Assembly (NCBI GenBank): GCA_944321175.1 | Contig: CALUKI010000006.1 | Location: forward strand, 38,265 to 102,264 | Source: an uncultured Alistipes sp. | GTDB taxonomy: Bacteria > Bacteroidota > Bacteroidia > Bacteroidales > Rikenellaceae | Length of the DNA: 64,000 bases | Direction of reading: 5' to 3' | In this document: positions 36,557-47,312 of the stretch, piece by piece | Numbering within the stretch: the first letter of the stretch is position 1 | Layout of the letters: every line of letters begins with the position of its first letter | Program-made: the position numbers and the translations under genes | Notes under the pieces: generated by a model | Told to the model about the DNA's origin: nothing | The model's input: only the letters and a program-made list of their open reading frames with translations | Database searches by the model: none

Positions 36557-36588
36557 AAAAACTCCGTCCCGGCGGGGGCGGAGTTTTT
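36557..36588 (-). terminator. Intrinsic terminator after the sulfatase gene
   Basis: AAAAACTCCGTCCC-ggc-GGGGGCGGAGTTTTT. Confidence 0.75.
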
Positions 36589-36718
36589 GAATGGATGTCA
36601 ATTTGCGGCCGCCGGTCCCGGATCGCGGGAGAACGGATTGCACCTCGATGATTTTCCTCTCAGCATCTGCATTACAGTCTTGAGACAATGAAAGAGAAGG
36701 AGTTGCGGCTGTACGGAG

Positions 36719-38140
36719 TCAATGCCGCCGCAAAGATTCATAGTGTTCGATCTGCCGGTCGCATTCGTCTCGCAACCGTTCGAGCGTATGACGATAGGCC
36801 GGATCCTCCGCCAGATTGACCGCCTCATCGGGATCGTGTTTGAGATCATACAGCTCTTCCCATCCCGGAATAAACCGATAACGGAGATATTTCCATCGCC
36901 GGGTGCGAATACCTTCGCTCGAAGGGATCTCGTCGATCTCCCACAAATGTTCGCAAAGGAACGATTTGCGGAAGGACAGTGGACGCCCTCCTTCTCCGTA
37001 CCCCAACAGACTGCATCCTTGATAGGCGGACGGAACCGTTACCCCTGCCGCATCGAGAATCGTTGCCGGAATGTCGATATTGAGGGCCAGATCCGTGATT
37101 TCGCGATGCCGTGCACTGCGCGGATCGTAAATGACCATCGGAACACGCAGCGACCGATCGTACATCAACCATTTGCCGGCAAGTTGCCGTTCTCCGAGAA
37201 AAAGTCCGTTGTCTCCCATGAAGATGATGATCGTATTGCGGTCAATCCCCCGTTCTCGCAGGATCTGTCGGAGAGTTCCGATCTCCCGGTCGATCTCCGA
37301 TATCATCCGGTAATACCCTTTGACACTGTGTTGGTATTTTTCCGGCGTGTCGTACCTCCATCCCCAGCGAATACGGTTGTACCCCTTGCGGACCGCTTCC
37401 GGCAGCGATTCGAAATAACGGTCTTCGGCCAACCGCGGCGGAGCAATACGCTGCTCGCTGTAGAGCGTATCGGATTCCGGCTGCCAGAAATACTGCTCTT
37501 CTGCGGGGTCATGGGCATGAGGGGCACTGAACCCCAGCGTAAGACAAAACGGTTTCGAGAGATCCGCTTCACGCAGAAACCGTGCCGCTTCATAGCCCGT
37601 ATAGCGAGTCAGATGTACCGTGTCTCCCGCAATCGTCTGATAGAAGTAGCCCCGCCGATCGGGATATTTGCTCCGTCGGTCATAGTGGTCTGCAACGTCG
37701 AACAATTTTTTGGCTCCCGGATATGTAACGCCGAACTTCCCGAAATAGGCAGTGGTGTAGCCGTTTTGGCGCAACAGCACCGGATAGGATTGTTGCATGT
37801 ATTGCTCCTTGAGCGGCCCCTGACGGAAGGTATAGCCGTGTGTACGCTCATACATGCCTGTCAACAGAGACGCCCGGCTGGCCGCACTGATGGGGGTCGT
37901 CACAAAGGCATTGAGAAAGCAGAGCCCTTCATGTGCCAGCGAATCGATATTGGGGGTCTTCACTACCGGGTTGCCGGCGTAGCCTGCCGCATCCCATCGT
38001 TGGTCGTCGGTTAGTATGAAAAGAATATTCGGACGTGTCGTGCTCGGCTGTTGCGCACGCACGGCGCCCCCGCAGAACAACAGACCCGAAAAGGTCAGGA
38101 GCGAAGGCCAATATCCCGATCGGTCAATCATGGATTGCAT
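36719..38140 (-). CDS. Ser-type formylglycine-dependent sulfatase (S1), secreted
   Basis: PNILFILTDD, ISAASRASLLTG (SxAxR signature), FMGDNG, ELYDL; signal peptide. Confidence 0.93.
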   Translation of the reverse strand: MQSMIDRSGYWPSLLTFSGLLFCGGAVRAQQPSTTRPNILFILTDDQRWDAAGYAGNPVVKTPNIDSLAHEGLCFLNAFVTTPISAASRASLLTGMYERTHGYTFRQGPLKEQYMQQSYPVLLRQNGYTTAYFGKFGVTYPGAKKLFDVADHYDRRSKYPDRRGYFYQTIAGDTVHLTRYTGYEAARFLREADLSKPFCLTLGFSAPHAHDPAEEQYFWQPESDTLYSEQRIAPPRLAEDRYFESLPEAVRKGYNRIRWGWRYDTPEKYQHSVKGYYRMISEIDREIGTLRQILRERGIDRNTIIIFMGDNGLFLGERQLAGKWLMYDRSLRVPMVIYDPRSARHREITDLALNIDIPATILDAAGVTVPSAYQGCSLLGYGEGGRPLSFRKSFLCEHLWEIDEIPSSEGIRTRRWKYLRYRFIPGWEELYDLKHDPDEAVNLAEDPAYRHTLERLRDECDRQIEHYESLRRH

Positions 38141-38150
38141 AGGCTGATCT

Positions 38151-38765
38151 CTATTTTTCGGTTTCCACACTCTCGCTTTTCGGAACGATCTCCCGCTGGT
38201 GGAGGTAGGACGCCAATTTTCGGACGGCGCGCCCCCGATGCGAAACGGCATTCTTCTCCTCGGCGCTCATCTCGGCAAAAGTGCGGTCGTAACCGTCCGG
38301 GACAAACAACGGATCGTAGCCGAATCCCTCGGTTCCGCATTCATGATCAAGGATCCGCCCCTCGACGACCCCTTCAAAGAGATGCTCCTCATCACCGACA
38401 AGCAACGCCACCACCGTCCGGAACCGTGCCCGGCGGTTCGTCTTGCCGGCGAGATTCGCCAACAGAAAACGGTTGTTCGCCGCAAAGTCATGGCCGTCGG
38501 TGGCATAGCGCGCCGAATGGACGCCCGGAGCCCCGCCCAACGCCTCGACCTCCAGTCCCGTGTCATCGGCAAAACAGTCCAGTCCCGTGCGGGATCGCAC
38601 ATAACGGGCTTTCTGCAAGGCATTGCCTTCGAGGGTCGGCTGATCCTCCGGAATATCCTCCGCGACGCCGCACATGCGCGGCGTCACCAATTCGAACGAC
38701 GGGCCCAAAACCGCCTGCACTTCGGACAGCTTATGGGCGTTATTGGTCGCAAATACGATTTTCAT
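38151..38765 (-). CDS. rdgB: Non-canonical purine NTP pyrophosphatase (HAM1 family)
   Basis: ATNNAHK, DDTGL, PGVHSARY, GFGYDP, SHRGRA. Confidence 0.96.
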   Translation of the reverse strand: MKIVFATNNAHKLSEVQAVLGPSFELVTPRMCGVAEDIPEDQPTLEGNALQKARYVRSRTGLDCFADDTGLEVEALGGAPGVHSARYATDGHDFAANNRFLLANLAGKTNRRARFRTVVALLVGDEEHLFEGVVEGRILDHECGTEGFGYDPLFVPDGYDRTFAEMSAEEKNAVSHRGRAVRKLASYLHQREIVPKSESVETEK

Positions 38766-38943
38766 TGTCATGGTATGCTCTTCGTAATACGCTTCCTCTT
38801 TCCCGCATCTTCTTTTTCTCCGCCTTCCCTTGTCCCCCTTCGCGCCATTTTCCGGCACCCCTGTTCCGGAGGCACCGGACTCCCCGGACAATCCGGTTCA
38901 AGGGCTCGAAAAAGGGTCTCGCAGGGCGGGGCAGAGACACGTC

Positions 38944-39795
38944 TCAGCGGGGGATGATCTCCAGCCGCTGCAACTCCGCATCGACCGCGATCTTGTCGAT
39001 GATGAGCCTTACCAGCCGGTCCATCTCCGAATCCTCCCGGTAATCGGCCGGACAGACATAATTGACCCGGTTGTCGCGGATCAGCGAGGAGAGGTCCTTG
39101 CGCCCCACCTTCGACGACGCCGGATTGTAAACGGCAATCGAATGTCCGCCGAAATTCTTGACCAGACGCATGCAGGGGATATCGGTCGTTCCGTCTCCCA
39201 CATAAATCATCCGGCTGAACGGAACCGGACGATCGCGCTCCTCGATGTACCGGTTTACCATCTTGCAGTCCGAAACCGACTCCACCCCCTTGTTGATCTT
39301 GAAAATGAACTGGGTCTTGTTGGTATAGTTTACCGCCACACCCGGCCAATAGGCGATCCCGTCCACATCGTACAGGAACGTACAGGCATAGATCTTCCGG
39401 AACTCGCCGGCAATGGGCGTCCCTTCGATCATCTCCTTCAGCCCCGACGAATTGATGTAGTGCAGCACCCGTACCCCGCGCGCAGCAGCATACGAGTTGA
39501 TCCTCGCGAACCACTCCCGAACGCCCGGAAACAGCTCGATTTTGCGGCCCGACTCCTGAAACGCCTCGCGCCGCAGCGACAGTTTGCGTGAACGCGCCGC
39601 TTCAAGCATCTTCGCCATATAGGTCAGCGTCATGTCGGCATCCTGCGACTCGGCAAGCGAATTGGCATCGCTCCAGAACTCCTTGTTGCTCTGCCCGACG
39701 GCCGGAATAAAGTCATACTCCTGCATGTTCCCCGGCGCCAACGTCCCGTCGAAATCGTAAATCAACGCCGCCGTAGTTTGAATCTTGTTTGCCAT
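38944..39795 (-). CDS. HAD-superfamily hydrolase
   Basis: YDFDGTL motif I, INSSG, YVGDGTTD. Confidence 0.9.
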   Translation of the reverse strand: MANKIQTTAALIYDFDGTLAPGNMQEYDFIPAVGQSNKEFWSDANSLAESQDADMTLTYMAKMLEAARSRKLSLRREAFQESGRKIELFPGVREWFARINSYAAARGVRVLHYINSSGLKEMIEGTPIAGEFRKIYACTFLYDVDGIAYWPGVAVNYTNKTQFIFKINKGVESVSDCKMVNRYIEERDRPVPFSRMIYVGDGTTDIPCMRLVKNFGGHSIAVYNPASSKVGRKDLSSLIRDNRVNYVCPADYREDSEMDRLVRLIIDKIAVDAELQRLEIIPR

Positions 39796-40024
39796 AATTC
39801 GTTTTGTTTCTCCCGCTCAGTCAATCCTCCTCCCCGTCCGGATGCGCCCGCGCCGTCACCGGCAATCCGCACCTTCCGGACAGCTCCCCGTCTGCCGGAA
39901 CCCGGCCTTCATCCGCCACCCCGGCAGGGACAGCAATCACCCTCCGGCATTCCGGAATGCCGCTCCGGCACCCGCTCCTTTTTTTGCCGCAACCGGAGTC
40001 CGGCACCTGCGGCCGCCCGATCCG

Positions 40025-42346
40025 TCAATAATGGATTCCGCGCGGGCGGAACAGGGCATAACCGAAATTGAACGTCAGGAAGAGATTATCCCAATTCTCC
40101 AAATTGTACTTCGTCAGCGAAAGGCTCACGGGCCCCACCACCGTATGATAGACCAGCGAAGCATCCACAATATAACGCCAATTGCCGCTGTCGGGCAGAT
40201 AACGCTCGGCATACATCGCATAGAATCCCGTGCGCAGGAAAAACCGATCGCTGAAGTCGAATGTCGGCATCACGCTCGCCGCCACATACTGTTTGGCGCG
40301 GTATTCCGGCATATAGACCGTCTGCGAATGCAGCGTCGGCCGATAGCCCGGATACACGGCCTGCGTGGCGCGGTCGTTGCTCAACGACGGGATCGTCGTG
40401 GCGACCGCCTCCGCCCCGTACCCCAACGAAAACCAGCGGATATCCGAGATCCGGAAATATTGTTCCCACGACACTTTCGCGCCCCACCACGACATCGTCC
40501 GACGCATCTCCGGCAATCCCCACTCCTGCGAGGAACAAAGGCTCGGAAGAAAACGGTCCCTGCCATAGACATATATTCCCGACAGGGAGAACCGCGTGCC
40601 GAAATGGGGGAAAATCACCCGATCCAGCGAACTGCGGCGCAATTCGAGTTTCGGCGAGAGGAAATTGAGCGTCGTGCGGTCTTCATAGTAATTCTCCTTG
40701 TACGAATCACGGAAAAGACTGTAATAATAGCGTTCCTGACCGCCGTTCATCCGAAGAACCAGCGCACTGCGGTGCGTGACGGGGAAGCCGAACCCGAACG
40801 ACAGATAATTCTCAAGGAACTTCATCGACTGTGTATTGGGCGCCGATGTAAGGTTCCCGAAGTTGCCGTTCTTGTAGTTGCGGACGGTAAAATTATAGGA
40901 ATAATCGACAAAGAGCGGATGCCACAAAAAGAAGTCCGAACGCCCGCCCAACATTACCGCCGACGAAACGGGGCCCAAAAACAGATGCCCGTAGTAACGG
41001 TTGTCCGCACGGCGGATCCGGCGGTACTCGCAACCGATGTAGGCCTGGTTGAACGCCGTCGAGGAGATATTGCCGCCGATCAGGATCTTGTAATCGGGCT
41101 TCGTCGTCAAATGAAAGTCAATCCCGTAATATCCCGTCTCCTCATCATAGGTCATCGTAGGATACGACGTCGAAAAATCGCCGTCGGAGAGCACGGAAAA
41201 GTATTTCTCCCGAATCCGGTCCATCGACAGAATCTTCGGCGTCCCATCATGCCGGTGATCCAACTGCATGTAGTCGCGGACATAGGTTGTCTGTGCCGCG
41301 TTCAGCCCCTCGATCGAATAACGGTCGAATACCAGTTCCGGACATCGGGCACGGAAGGCGGCGCGCCGATGCAGCGTCTCGCCGCGCGACATCCGGCGCG
41401 GAATCGCCCTCTTGAGCGAATCCATCAAGGCCATCGTATCGTCATACCCCGACCGGATGATCGCCTTCGACTGCGCAAAATCGAGCATCGAAACATCCAC
41501 CGCCCGTGCAATCAGCGTACTGCGGCCGGCCGGCATGTCGTAATCCGTATTCTCCATCGTAAGCATCCAGACCTGATCCATGATGCTGTTGGCGTTGGGA
41601 ACCGTATTCCCCGACGTACATTTGCTGCCGATCAGGTAATCGGGATGATAGGTGTCATCGACCACTTTCCATGGGAAATTATCGTAAATCCCGCCGTCGT
41701 AGAGAAGCATCGAATCCTTTTCGACGGGATGGAATGCCAACGGGATGGCCATCGAAGCCCGAACCGCCTCCCCCAAATCGCCCTTGCGCAATACACAGGC
41801 ACGGCGGCCGACCATGTCGCTGGCAACGCATCGGAACGGAATCATCAGGCTGTCGAAATCGCCGCGCGCCGCAGTCGTCGCCGGAGTAAGCAATTCGGCC
41901 AGCGCCAGATCGACCTGCGTCGAAGAGATCAGATGGCTCGGCAAGACAAGGCGGGATCGCGTGCGCGCCTCACTGCGCTGTTTGTCGTCCCGCAGATTGA
42001 ACCGCAGCGTAAGCATGGAGGGCTGACCCTGCATCTGCCGATAATAAGAGGCATACTGGGGGTCGATGCGCCCCGACACCCAATCCTGAACCTGGCCCGA
42101 ATCGACGATCTCCGCCATCTCCTCCGGAGAATATCCCGCCGCATACAGCGCCGCGATGATCGAACCCATCGAAGTGCCGGCAACATAGTCGATCGGGATT
42201 TCATTCTCCTCAAGAGCCTGTAGGACACCGATATGGTAAAGGCCCTTCGCGCCGCCGCCGCTCAACACCACACCTACGCTCTGTGCCTGGGCCCCCTCCG
42301 CGAGAGCCGCAAGAACTGCGATAAAAGCGAGCGTTTTGCGCAACAT
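40025..42346 (-). CDS. Patatin-like phospholipase with C-terminal beta-strand-rich domain (PlpD-like)
   Basis: GGGAKG, GTSMG, DGG motifs; signal peptide; aromatic amphipathic strands in the C-terminal half. Confidence 0.88.
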   Translation of the reverse strand: MLRKTLAFIAVLAALAEGAQAQSVGVVLSGGGAKGLYHIGVLQALEENEIPIDYVAGTSMGSIIAALYAAGYSPEEMAEIVDSGQVQDWVSGRIDPQYASYYRQMQGQPSMLTLRFNLRDDKQRSEARTRSRLVLPSHLISSTQVDLALAELLTPATTAARGDFDSLMIPFRCVASDMVGRRACVLRKGDLGEAVRASMAIPLAFHPVEKDSMLLYDGGIYDNFPWKVVDDTYHPDYLIGSKCTSGNTVPNANSIMDQVWMLTMENTDYDMPAGRSTLIARAVDVSMLDFAQSKAIIRSGYDDTMALMDSLKRAIPRRMSRGETLHRRAAFRARCPELVFDRYSIEGLNAAQTTYVRDYMQLDHRHDGTPKILSMDRIREKYFSVLSDGDFSTSYPTMTYDEETGYYGIDFHLTTKPDYKILIGGNISSTAFNQAYIGCEYRRIRRADNRYYGHLFLGPVSSAVMLGGRSDFFLWHPLFVDYSYNFTVRNYKNGNFGNLTSAPNTQSMKFLENYLSFGFGFPVTHRSALVLRMNGGQERYYYSLFRDSYKENYYEDRTTLNFLSPKLELRRSSLDRVIFPHFGTRFSLSGIYVYGRDRFLPSLCSSQEWGLPEMRRTMSWWGAKVSWEQYFRISDIRWFSLGYGAEAVATTIPSLSNDRATQAVYPGYRPTLHSQTVYMPEYRAKQYVAASVMPTFDFSDRFFLRTGFYAMYAERYLPDSGNWRYIVDASLVYHTVVGPVSLSLTKYNLENWDNLFLTFNFGYALFRPRGIHY

Positions 42347-42416
42347 ATCTCAAAAAATTTATAACTTTGCATGTTATAAGCGTTAAAATTAGACAAAAAG
42401 TATAAAACGGCAAAAT

Positions 42417-43445
42417 ATGACTGGCAAAATCGAAGACCTTTTGCGTCGCGTCGAAGAATTTCGGCCCAAGGCGGCGGCCGAAGTCGAGGAGTTTCGCATC
42501 CGGATTCTGGGAAAAAAGGGCGAACTGACGGCTCTGATGGAGGAGTTCAAAACGGTGGCGCCCGAACTCAAACGCGAACTGGGCCAGAAATTGAACCATC
42601 TCAAACAGACCGCGACACAACGGATCAACGAGTTGCGGGCCCAAATGCTGGATGCCGCCGCCGGACAAGCCGCACGGATTGAAGACCCGTCACGCCCCGG
42701 TTCGGCCGAACACCTCGGTTCGCGGCACCCCATATCGCTGGTTAAAAACCAGATCGTCGAGATCTTCTCCCGTTTGGGCTATACCGTAGCCGAAGGTCCC
42801 GAAATCGAAGATGACTGGCACGTCTTCTCGGCATTGAACTTCCCGCCCGAACATCCGGCCCGCGACATGCAGGACACATTCTTCATCGAGAAAAATCCCG
42901 ATATTCTGCTGCGCACCCACACATCGTCGATCCAGGTGCGCACGATGGAGCGCCAGAAACCGCCCATTCGGGTCATATGCCCCGGCCGCGTATTCCGCAA
43001 CGAAGCGATCTCTTACCGCGCGCACTGCATCTTCCACCAGATCGAAGGGCTTTACATCGACGAGGAGGTCTCGTTCGCCGATCTCAAACAATCGCTGCTC
43101 TATTTCGCCAAGGAGCTTTTCGGAGAGCAGACCGCGATCCGTATGCGGCCCTCCTATTTCCCCTTCACCGAACCGTCGGCCGAAGTCGATGTGTCGTGCA
43201 ATCTCTGCGGCGGGAAAGGATGCCCCGTGTGCAAGGGTACGGGATGGCTGGAAATCCTGGGTTGCGGAATGGTCGACCCGAACGTCCTCGAGGCGTGCGG
43301 AATCGACTCGAAAAAATACTCCGGATTCGCTTTCGGGATGGGCATCGAGCGTGTTGCCATGCTCAAATACGGGGTCGGCGACCTGCGCCTTTATTTCGAA
43401 AACGACGTGCGGTTCCTGCACCAGTTCGACACGGCGCTGGATTGA
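42417..43445 (+). CDS. pheS: Phenylalanine-tRNA ligase alpha subunit
   Basis: HPARDMQDTF, LRTHTS, FHQIEG, FPFTEPS, GFAFGMGIER; TAACTTTG element at 42362-42369. Confidence 0.99.
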   Translation: MTGKIEDLLRRVEEFRPKAAAEVEEFRIRILGKKGELTALMEEFKTVAPELKRELGQKLNHLKQTATQRINELRAQMLDAAAGQAARIEDPSRPGSAEHLGSRHPISLVKNQIVEIFSRLGYTVAEGPEIEDDWHVFSALNFPPEHPARDMQDTFFIEKNPDILLRTHTSSIQVRTMERQKPPIRVICPGRVFRNEAISYRAHCIFHQIEGLYIDEEVSFADLKQSLLYFAKELFGEQTAIRMRPSYFPFTEPSAEVDVSCNLCGGKGCPVCKGTGWLEILGCGMVDPNVLEACGIDSKKYSGFAFGMGIERVAMLKYGVGDLRLYFENDVRFLHQFDTALD

Positions 43446-43530
43446 TACGGGCCGCTGCCTGCTGAAAAAATTCGGCACGGCCGTACTTTTTCGACCGCCG
43501 GCACGTTAATTTGTAACCAGATCCGTAATT

Positions 43531-45354
43531 ATGCGCAAACTCCTGACAATCCTCGCTCTGACGGCGGTCATCGGCGGGGCCTTCGCCCGAAAGGTTCCGC
43601 AGACACGGCATGCGCCGCAGATCCCCGATTCGCTCCGGAGCATCTATCTTCTTACCGAAGGGATAAAGGAGGCCTTCATCGCGCAGGATACCGCTGCGGC
43701 ACGACGGGCATTCGAGCAGGCCGCCATCGCCGATTCGGCCTATGGGCCGGCGCAATACGAACTGGCCAGTCTGCTGCTCTACTCCGACACGCCGAAAGCG
43801 CTGCTTCATGCCGAAGAGGCCGTACGCAGCGATACGACGGACAAGTGGTATCTGCTGCTGCTGGCACAGGCGCAGGTGCTCAATGAAGAGTACCGGAATG
43901 CCATCGGCACCTATGAACGGCTGCGGGGGCTCGATCCGCAGAATCCCGATTGCTATCGCGTGCTGGCGATCCTCTACGATCAGGAACGGCAGCCCTTTTC
44001 AGCTATCGCCATCCTCGATTCCGCCGAAGTGCGGTTCGGAAGGATCGAGGTGCTTTCGGAACTCAAACACAGGCTGCTGGTCGGGACGCGGCAATACGAC
44101 CGGGCCATTGCCGAAGCGCAGGCATTGATCGAAGCGGCTCCCTACAAAACCGAGAACCATCTGTTGCTGGGGGAGTTGTATGCCCGTCAGAAGAAAGATT
44201 CACTGGCGCTTGCGCAATTCGAGGAGGCATATCGGATCGACTCCACCGACGTCGCCGTGCTGGCGACATTCAGCGAATTCTACAATGAACGCCGCGACTA
44301 CGCCGCCGCACTGAGCTATTCGGGCCGGCTCTTCGCCGGAGACGAAATGCCGCTCGAAGAGAAGATCAACTATTTCGGGCGCATTACGGCCGATCGCAAG
44401 TTCTATGGGAACTATTACCTGCAAATCAACGGATTGGCCACGACCCTCGCATTGAAATACCCGCACGATGCGCGTGTGGTGAAACTCTATGCCGACCACC
44501 TGATCGCATCCGGGCGGCTGGACGAAGCACTGGACTATTACAAGATGCATCTCGACGACGATCCGCCGCAACTCGACTTCTTCAACGCGGTCATCGACAT
44601 CGAAAACTACCGGGAGCGCCCCGACTCCGTGACGCTCTACATCAATCGCGCCATCCGGTTGTTCCCCGACAACCCCGATCTTTATCTGCGCAAAGGACAC
44701 TCGCTGGCCTACATGAAGCACTATGACGAAGCGTTGAAGTTCTTCCGCAATTCATTGAAACTGGCGCAAAGCGATTCGCTCAAGGGGGCCATCTGGAATT
44801 TCATGGGCGATGTTTACCACATGCAGGCCCAGCAGGCCGCCGCCAAAGCGGGGAAAAACGCGACGGAAGAGGAGATGTTCGCAAGCCGGAAGGGGCCTGC
44901 GGCGCGTTACATGCGAAAGTGCTACGATGCCTACGACCGGTCGCTCGCATTGCGGCAGGATAATCCGATGGTGCTCAACAACTACGCCTATTTCCTCGCG
45001 CTTGCCGAGCGCGATCTGGAACGGGCGCTTGCAATGGCCGAACGGGCCATCTCCCTCGAACAGGGAAATTCGACGTACCTCGACACATACGCATGGATCC
45101 TCTACCGGCTGGGCCGCTACGACGAGGCAAAAAAGGCCATGCAACAGGCATTGTCGCTCGACCGCAGCGAAAGTCCCACGCTCCAGTTCCATTATGGAGA
45201 CATCCTTGCCGCAAGGGGCGAGTATTTCATGGCTGAAATCTACTGGCGCAAAGCGCTCGAAGGAGGATATGAGAATCCGGATGCAATCATCGAACGCTTC
45301 CAACGGATCAAACAGGCCAGGACATCCGTCTCACCAACACCCGAAGAACCATGA
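43531..45354 (+). CDS. Tetratricopeptide-repeat protein, secreted
   Basis: Repeated TPR-like helices, LNNYAYFLA and YLDTYAWILY; signal peptide. Confidence 0.9.
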   Translation: MRKLLTILALTAVIGGAFARKVPQTRHAPQIPDSLRSIYLLTEGIKEAFIAQDTAAARRAFEQAAIADSAYGPAQYELASLLLYSDTPKALLHAEEAVRSDTTDKWYLLLLAQAQVLNEEYRNAIGTYERLRGLDPQNPDCYRVLAILYDQERQPFSAIAILDSAEVRFGRIEVLSELKHRLLVGTRQYDRAIAEAQALIEAAPYKTENHLLLGELYARQKKDSLALAQFEEAYRIDSTDVAVLATFSEFYNERRDYAAALSYSGRLFAGDEMPLEEKINYFGRITADRKFYGNYYLQINGLATTLALKYPHDARVVKLYADHLIASGRLDEALDYYKMHLDDDPPQLDFFNAVIDIENYRERPDSVTLYINRAIRLFPDNPDLYLRKGHSLAYMKHYDEALKFFRNSLKLAQSDSLKGAIWNFMGDVYHMQAQQAAAKAGKNATEEEMFASRKGPAARYMRKCYDAYDRSLALRQDNPMVLNNYAYFLALAERDLERALAMAERAISLEQGNSTYLDTYAWILYRLGRYDEAKKAMQQALSLDRSESPTLQFHYGDILAARGEYFMAEIYWRKALEGGYENPDAIIERFQRIKQARTSVSPTPEEP

Positions 45355-46478
45355 CACGGATCCTTTATCTTGTCGGAGCATTGCTCTGTCTGTGGACTCC
45401 CCTCTTCGGCCAAAACGATCTGCAGCGAAAAATTGCCGAGAAGCAACGAACCATCGATGCCCTTGAAAAACAGATCGCTCAGGGTGAGCGCGAACTTTCG
45501 TCGATCCAGAAAGGGAAAAACACGGAACAACGAAGTGTTCAGCGTCTGGCCCGGCAGATCGCCTCACGGCGGCAGCTGCTCGATGAAACGGAGGGACAGA
45601 TCGGCCTTTTGGCCCGCCAGCTGGCCGTAACCGACAGCACGGCAAACGTTTTGGACGAACGCCTCACACGTTATCGCGCCGAATATGCGGCGATGGTACG
45701 CGAAGCCTACCGCAACTACAAACAGAACAGTTATCTCACCTATCTCTTTGCAGCGGACAATTTCGCCGACATAGCCCGCCGCATCGCCAATATCCGGGGG
45801 GTTGCCAAACTCCGCGAGGCTAAAATGGAAGAGATCATCCGAACAAGCGAGGAGGTCGGACGGCAGCAGGCATTACTGACGGCGCAAAAACAATCGCTCG
45901 ATTCGACACGCCGGAAGATCGACGCCCAACGGGCCCGTTACGAGCGCGACCAACGCAATGCCAAAGCCCGGCTTCAGCGCATGTCGGCACGGGAAAAGAC
46001 CGTATTGCGGCAGAAAGAGGCGCAGGAAGCACAGCTCGACGCCGCAATTGCAGAGTTGCAAAAACTCACCAAAGGAAACAAAACGGGGGCTTCTTTCTCG
46101 GCACGGACATCCAACCTCAATCTGCCGGTTGAAGGGGGACGGGTAAAACGCTATCGCGAGAACATGGCCGAAATCGTCGGACGGAAGGGGGCGCGCATCA
46201 CCTCGATCTACGAAGGCAAGGTGATGGATGTCAAACGCAACCGGATTACCAACCGTTTTGATGTATATATCGCCCATGGAGAGTACATCACATCCTATGC
46301 AAACCTCAACTCGGTCAGTGTCTCCAAAGGACAGACCGTCGCCAGGAATGCGCCGATCGGCATCATCGGGCCGGCCGTCGATATTCAGACGATGAAGACC
46401 GAATACCGGCTTGTTTTCGGTATTTATCCGCCGGCCGGCGGCAAGAAGATGCGGGCCTCGGATTGCTTCCGCAGGTAA
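45351..46478 (+). CDS. EnvC-like murein hydrolase activator (coiled coil plus degenerate M23 domain)
   Basis: Long coiled coil, LNLPVEG, HGEYITSYANL; no HxH zinc ligands; ATGA overlap with the TPR gene. Confidence 0.85.
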   Translation: MTRILYLVGALLCLWTPLFGQNDLQRKIAEKQRTIDALEKQIAQGERELSSIQKGKNTEQRSVQRLARQIASRRQLLDETEGQIGLLARQLAVTDSTANVLDERLTRYRAEYAAMVREAYRNYKQNSYLTYLFAADNFADIARRIANIRGVAKLREAKMEEIIRTSEEVGRQQALLTAQKQSLDSTRRKIDAQRARYERDQRNAKARLQRMSAREKTVLRQKEAQEAQLDAAIAELQKLTKGNKTGASFSARTSNLNLPVEGGRVKRYRENMAEIVGRKGARITSIYEGKVMDVKRNRITNRFDVYIAHGEYITSYANLNSVSVSKGQTVARNAPIGIIGPAVDIQTMKTEYRLVFGIYPPAGGKKMRASDCFRR

Positions 46479-46610
46479 CGGCAGGCGCAACCCTGCCGGC
46501 TCGGACAAAGCCGGATAAAAGGGGCGGGAGCAGGCAGCGGCGGACAGAGAAGGAACAGGGAGGGAACAAGGAGAGTCCGAAGCGGAAAACAAGGGAGACA
46601 GGCGAGGGAA

Positions 46611-46637
46611 ACAGGAGAGACAGGAGAGACAGGAGAG
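46611..46637 (+). repeat. Tandem 9-mer (ACAGGAGAG)x3 in a purine-rich spacer
   Basis: Three perfect copies with degenerate copies nearby. Confidence 0.85.
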
Positions 46638-46877
46638 GGCGAAAGGTTAGAAAGATAAAAAAGGGAACAGGGCGGGAGAAGGCGAAAAAAAAAGAAGGCT
46701 GCAAAGCCGGAATACGCCCCCCAAGGAGCGGGGAACGGCAACCGGCAGACGGGACAGGCGGGCCGTAAGGGCCAGAGTCCCAAAGGCAGGTATCGCGAAC
46801 GCCGCAGACGGCGGCGATTTGTATGTAGCGGCTCCGATCCGCTTCAAGTATGAATGAATGCGATAGACGAGGGCAAT

Positions 46878-47312
46878 ATGGCTGTAAGATATTACAATGA
46901 AGCGTGTTCGTACCGGCTGCCGGAAAAACGGCGGACGGCGGCGTGGCTGCATCGTGTCGCCGCCGAAGAGGGATATGCGCTGTCCGACGTGAACTACATC
47001 TTCTGCTCGGCCGAACGGCTGCTGGAAATGAACCGCCGGTTTCTCGGGCACGACTACTATACCGACGTGATCACCTTCGATTACAGCGACCGCCGCAAAT
47101 GCCGCACGGTCGCCGGAGATATTTTCATCGATGTGGAGACCGTCGCGGACAACGCCCGCATCTATGGTGCGACCCGTCTCGGCGAAATGCGCCGTGTAAT
47201 CGTACACGGACTGCTGCACCTCTGCGGGCAGAAGGACAAGACTCCCCGCACGAATGCCGCCATGCACCGCAAGGAGGACAAATACCTGCGCTATTGGGAG
47301 GAGGAGAAATGA
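46878..47312 (+). CDS. ybeY: rRNA maturation RNase YbeY
   Basis: DYYTDVITF, GDIFI, HGLLHLCG. Confidence 0.96.
   Translation: MAVRYYNEACSYRLPEKRRTAAWLHRVAAEEGYALSDVNYIFCSAERLLEMNRRFLGHDYYTDVITFDYSDRRKCRTVAGDIFIDVETVADNARIYGATRLGEMRRVIVHGLLHLCGQKDKTPRTNAAMHRKEDKYLRYWEEEK

Noticed and set aside
46463-46768. Highly basic 101-aa ORF in the polypurine spacer
   Set aside because: Its composition is a direct read-out of the purine repeat, and it overlaps the envC-like stop with no plausible start.
46904-47308. Possible ybeY-mnmG frameshift fusion, since the mnmG frame is open through ybeY
   Set aside because: There is no slippery site, and mnmG has a clean ATGA-coupled start at 47309 right before its FAD-binding motif.
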